Source: Lingula anatina
Taxonomy: Eukaryota > Animalia > Brachiopoda
Assembly: GCA_051362555.1 (NCBI GenBank)
Contig: CM120640.1
Span: 40,340,788 to 40,404,787 of the forward strand
DNA: 64,000 nt
Direction: 5' to 3'
Position numbers and translations under genes: made by a program. Below the pieces are notes generated by a model. It was not told the DNA's origin and made no database searches. It saw nothing but the letters and a program-made list of their open reading frames with translations. Of this stretch, positions 58,884 through 64,000 are shown piece by piece. Every line of letters starts with the position of its first letter. The first letter of the stretch is position 1.

Positions 58884-61067
58884 CTAACAACATCTCTTTT
58901 TCTTTGTTGGCTCTTGTAAGTTAAGTGTGTCCTCTGAAACGATGAAAAGGGAAGTTGTAATTCCCATGTGAAAATGATGTTGCTGCCACGAAACAGATTA
59001 AAATTTTTCTTGCTCAGTGTAACAGGTTATTCTTTCTCTTATGTTAAGATTGTAAAAAAGTTAATTGTTTTATAAAAAGACTAAATGTTTTTGCCTTCAA
59101 GAGGCAATATCTAACCTTTTTTCATGTTGTTTATAAAAATGTTCTATCATCACAGTAATACTTGATGGCATAAATCATTACTCACTTTCCTGTTGTTGCT
59201 TATTTACTGGATCCATCATATAATCTTCAGCTATTTTTAAAAATAAGTTTCCTAAGAAAGGGAAAAAAAGGAAAGATATATCATAATTTGTTTTTCAAAT
59301 TATCTGTACAGAAGATCTGACTCTAGAGCAACAATTCACTTGGAATGTTTCCTTTATATCAGTATGGTAAAAAAAAGTTAATTTTTTCTATACCAAACAG
59401 CAGGATTCTCAGCAAAATACATTCTTTCAATGTCACTTTTTCATTTATTCTGCACTGTGTCAGTAAAAAAAAACTAGCTCCACTTACTTATGTTTTCACC
59501 TGTTTTGGCAGATGTTTCAAATACTTTGGCTCGTATTTCTGAAAAGCACAAAACAGATTTTGTCAAGAATGCACATAACTGGTCATATATATCTATACAG
59601 TAAATGTTTGGGGCCTCTCTTACAGAAGTATCAATTATCAGTTACCACTATATATTTTCTATTTGGTCACCATTATCAATGCACCAATCACTATCATCAA
59701 TGCTCCAATCAAACATTTAAAACAAAAATAAATAGAAAAATATTCTCATAAAATTTTCACATTTAAAAAAAAGATACAAACAAAATATAATATTGATTCA
59801 ATGGAGAGCTCACCATCAGCATAGTCTGTGACCATGTGATAATCTACTTTTCTATTATTCTTATTTTCATCAACAAGGTCCTTCTTTGTTCCACAAAGGT
59901 AAATCTTGCAGTTCTGTAAACGATTTATTGAAATCTTTGGTGACATACTAGTTATTTAAATACTCAATCCAGCATGTTCATGTTAGCCCTCACTTTGTAA
60001 TCCTAAATATTAAAAGAAATGTTTGTGATTGAAAACTGTCCATATGTATTCATAACTATTACAATAAATTTAAGATACTTTAAGTATTTATCTGATAATC
60101 ATTACTAAAACATAACAAGAAATGTGCACAATTTCTGCTCTATCAACATGGCCAGACAAAGGCAAAAACAAAACTTACAGACACTTTTCATATCTGTACA
60201 TAAAAAGTGCAATTTGTTACCTCTTCATTATTTCTCAATTCCTTCACCCAAAAACAAACTCTGGCAAAACTTTCTGAGTCTGTCATGTCATAGCACACTA
60301 TGGCAGCTTTGGCCCCTCTATAATATATCCTACTCATTGCTTCATAGCGCTCACTACCGGCAGTGTCCTACAAATAGAAAATATGCATCACTGATTTGAA
60401 CAATATTGATAGAAAGTGTGTACATAATTCAAAATTTATACAGTTAGACTTTACTACCAAGATCTATCTTGTTACCCATATATAAAATAAAGTTTTTATT
60501 GTGATCAATAGTTAATGACGTACTCTTTCTACATTATGACATTTTGCATTTGCAATGTACAATTTCACTTGTATTTCTAGCATGATTCTATTTTTATTCG
60601 AAATAACTACATGTAATAATATTTAAGGGCATCTCACCCATATTCCCAATATTAAACTTTTCCCTACAACTTCAATTCTTTTGGCACCAAAAGCAGCCCC
60701 AATGGTCTGGAATGAAACCACGAATTTCTTTTATGCTATTTGACAATATAAAATAAAAATCAAAATATTCAAACACTCAATTAATATATCGTCTATGTGA
60801 CTCATTAACGTTTAAAGATTACTGATTGTGGCAAAGACACTTTAAAATGAAAAACAGGATAGTCTAAATATAGGTATTTGCACTGAAGACATTTTACCAT
60901 AATGATTTTGATAAATATTTTTACAGATTTTAGCTAGGTTTACTCACAGCCTGGTATGGGGCTTCTCCATGAAAACGGTCATGTAGGAATCTCTCCACCA
61001 GACTGGTTTTACCTCCAAACTCCTTGCCCAGGAGGACTATTTTCATATCAACTCGGCTTCCACTCAT
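58884..61067 (-). CDS. RAB24: Ras-related protein Rab-24, 200 aa
   Basis: Exons 61067-60948, 60706-60638, 60367-60221, 59913-59814, 59538-59488, 59251-59186, 58933-58884 total 603 nt. Translation: [110 protein letters not shown] and GTKxD are Rab24-diagnostic. Confidence 0.96.
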
Positions 61068-62800
61068 TGTCAATATTTTTCACTCGTCTTATCTTTAGGT
61101 CCAGTGTAAGTGTATGACGTACGTAGTGGGAGCAGATCGGAAACTTAATGTACCGGTACTGTAGTCTAGTGACGTGCTATGGTCCTCTGCCAGGCGCGAT
61201 GTTCAGCCCGATCGAAGTTCGCACATCTCAGTTATCTGGCTGTATTTCTGTTTATTTGGTTACCTCTAGGCATCTGAGACAATTTTTGTCAGAAAAACAT
61301 GTGTGTTGTTCCACAATAACCACAACTTATGTTGTGAGCGATGACTCAAAAATAGAAACCCAACTCCTATTTGTGCATTAACGCTGATTTCAAAACACGA
61401 CAACCATCTCTAAAAGTTTAGAAGGTGCGTGATCCTCTTATCTCTGAAAACGTTATTAAATAACTGCTTATTTGATAAATTGAGCTTATAACTGCCTGTA
61501 TGTTAAACTGGGCATAAATTAGACTTTCAAAAACAGATGTTTACATACTGTCTCCACTCTGCAGTCGACAAAATTTATCAGACCGGAAGAGGAAGCAAGG
61601 GAGGCACTTGGCTATATAAATGTCAAGGATTGGGAAACGTAAGTTGCGTTCTTTCCTTGCAAATGAAATCAAAATTGACACAATTGCCTCTTGGAAAATA
61701 ACTTTGAATACTTTATTATGAAAATGTTTTGACATGAATCCTTGATTATTTTATAAAATGCTTTTGTTCAGATTTTTTCAAGAACTGTAGGATTCTTGCT
61801 GGCAAGTAAACCGTAGCAAGTTTCCGGTCGCATGTTGCGTGGAAGAAAAACATGCTTCGTTGCATGCTTTGGTTATCTTCTCGCCCAGGACGTGAATAGC
61901 CACAGATTCGTTGGTCACAACTGCAGCTCTTATTGAGATTTCTGGGATATATCGGACATTATTGAGACTAAAGATAACAAGGTGTTACGTTAGAGCAGGA
62001 ATTACAGTACTCGACAATGAAGTGATGACCAAGATATTTGCAAGGTGCTTGGCCCTGCAAAGTGTTCTTCAGACCCAGTGGTTGTGTCCTTATATTAGGC
62101 CTAGATCAATAGTCTTCAGGCATAACCCTATCGTGGTGAGAAAAAAATTTAAGTTTTTGTTACATAAAATGAACTCGAGTGAAAAAACGTTCGAAGCATT
62201 ATTTGTTGACAGTCAAGGGAATATTAAATCCTGTTGCACATTGTGATTGTAAGTAAATGTAATATATATTAATTATTGGGTCACATTATGCAGCGTTTGA
62301 CACTCGCACTCGCCAGCATGCCAGCACAATGCGAGTAAAAATTAAATCTGGCGTGTGAAATTTATGATGCAAGTCACCATTTCGGCGAGTATATTTATGT
62401 CAACTTTCTATATTAAGTGTATCGGCAAAATTTAGATTCAATAAAAGTCCGATTGACATGCCAATATTTACGGGGATGTTCAGGGAATTCCCCTAACTGC
62501 TAACCTCGTTTTTACTTTCATAAGTAATAATCGTGATTGGTTGATGTTGAGGAATTCTGTAGTGACGTATTCACAGTCTCTTTTGAAAACCCTAGCCTTT
62601 GATTGCACAACGGAGTTTGACAAAGTACGTCTTGGGATTATGCGCAGTCGATACTTCCGGGAGAAAGCGTGCAAGTGGATCATGGAGCAGATTTGAAGAT
62701 TACGAACGTCCTGTAGAAGGGACTGAGAACGTCTCAGAATCGGCATCAAGTGATGAGTAAACAAAATCAAAGCAGAAATGAACTGATGCAAGCTAACTGT
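61068..62800. promoter_or_regulatory. CpG-rich divergent promoter region between RAB24 and THG1L
   Basis: High CpG. CRE-like TGACGT (~61115, ~61170, 62563), ETS CCGGAAG (~61583) and ACTTCCGG (62653-62660), reverse CCAAT (62535-62540), TGCGCA (62641-62646), TATATAAA (~61613). Confidence 0.7.
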
Positions 62801-63754
62801 CTGAGCTCTCTGACCCAAAGCATGTTTTTGACGTTCTCTAAAAATCTTTTTCTGAGCAGAGCAAAAAAAAAAGTTTTTTCAAAAGCGTGAAGATTAGCAA
62901 TGTGTTTAGGGTAAGAGAACTTGAATTGCCTACCTTGAGCTAATACAATACAATACAATACCATTCAAATAAAGCAATATAACGAATTTTATTTCACCTC
63001 GGATACACTTTAAATTTTAACAATCTCGTTAGCTTTACAGCTAATCACCGATTTCATCTCAGCCAGAGGGACCTACAGAGTTCAGTAATATTAATAATAT
63101 TTAATTAAAGCTCATTTTAATATTTATCTTGAAACAAGTACTTCTAGAGCCTAAAATGAGTAAAACGATTGATCAAAACAGTTTTTAATTTTATCTTTAT
63201 TTGCATATGACGTATAACTAACTATGCAGCATTGGTACCTGATAACATCTCAATCCTCAGTCATTACCACATGACCTGCACTTGAATATTTGGCTGGTAA
63301 CTTCTTAATAAAACAGGCGAAAGTCTGGCTTGTACATTTTCAGTTTGGCCGGTAACTTTCAAAACTCACTGGCCAAATTGGCCTGTGCTATTTCAAACGA
63401 AGGTCAAACACTGATTATGAGGAAAAACATTCTTTACACTTACGTAACCTGAACAATAATTAAATTTGGAAGTCAACAGTTTTTAGTGGGAATACCCGAG
63501 ATAACGAAAATTGATTTGAGGGCATGAGAAAGCACTTTGATATTAGCGCAGTACTCGGTGCAAACACCTGATAGCAAAATCCTCAAATGTGTGAAATGAC
63601 AACCAGTTTGCACATGCTCGCTTCATTTTCATTAAAGTTGTTTATTCCTTTTTGTCAGGCTTTTTACTAGAAAAATGGGGCTATAATGATGGAACTTGAT
63701 CTTTGTAATGTTTTATTACTATTTTTATTGCTTCAGGTAGAGCAAATCCAGCAA

Positions 63755-63858
63755 ATGGCCAACAGTAAGTTTGAATATGTCCGCAAGTTTGAGACAGAAG
63801 ACAGGTGCTTGCCAAATTGCTGGATAATAGTGAGAGTGGATGGAAAAGCTTTTCATAA
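63755..63858 (+). CDS. THG1L: tRNA(His) guanylyltransferase (Thg1/THG1L), first conserved coding exon; the gene continues beyond the window
   Basis: [34 protein letters not shown](K) matches the Thg1 N-terminal signature MAxSKFEYVxxFE..LPxxWxVVRxDGxxFH; acceptor ttcag at 63736, donor gtaaga at 63859. Confidence 0.93.
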
Positions 63859-64000
63859 GTAAGATTTCAGTTATAAGTGGAGACTAAAATTGAAATATTA
63901 AATTGAGTAAAACTGAAAATTATGTAATATCTTTTATTTGAGTAGTGTGTTACATATTACATTTATTTCTTGAGAATGAGATGCATGTGTATCATTAAGT

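Noticed and set aside
58860-58886. Stop-codon readthrough of RAB24
   Set aside because: Two consecutive TAG codons make readthrough unlikely.
61911-62818. ORFs of 111 aa (+) and 112 aa (-) between RAB24 and THG1L
   Set aside because: No recognisable protein motifs or splice context; better explained as CpG-rich promoter sequence.
63280-63415. Fragments with ACTGGCC/TGGCCGGTAA motifs, loosely similar to ~10580-10640 and ~24040-24115
   Set aside because: Probably old transposon remnants, but too degraded to define ends or family by eye.

Overview
AT-rich, intron-rich eukaryotic DNA from an invertebrate animal. The repeat types and the CpG-depleted gene bodies with CpG-rich promoters suggest a mollusc or other lophotrochozoan, but that is inference. 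Four protein-coding genes were reconstructed by hand from GT-AG splice sites and reading frames. (1) 11-21527 (+): the last 39 exons (~3000 aa, N-terminus outside the window) of a giant uncharacterised single-pass membrane protein. It has Cys-rich GCC2/GCC3-type repeats, an RRLL motif, a TM helix, a long repeated coiled-coil tail and a zincin-like HTLSH domain. (2) 33037-51664 (+): adducin (hts/ADD1-like), with a probable non-coding first exon near 23.1 kb and five frame-preserving cassette exons. (3) 58884-61067 (-): a complete RAB24. (4) From 63755 (+): the start of THG1L, head-to-head with RAB24. A ~4.1 kb Helentron-type non-autonomous element with two tandem arrays and a nested element fills the gap between the convergent adducin and RAB24 3' ends. 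The best leads are the giant receptor architecture and a THG1L mitochondrial-leader-like exon that is out of frame by one base at an A10 run.
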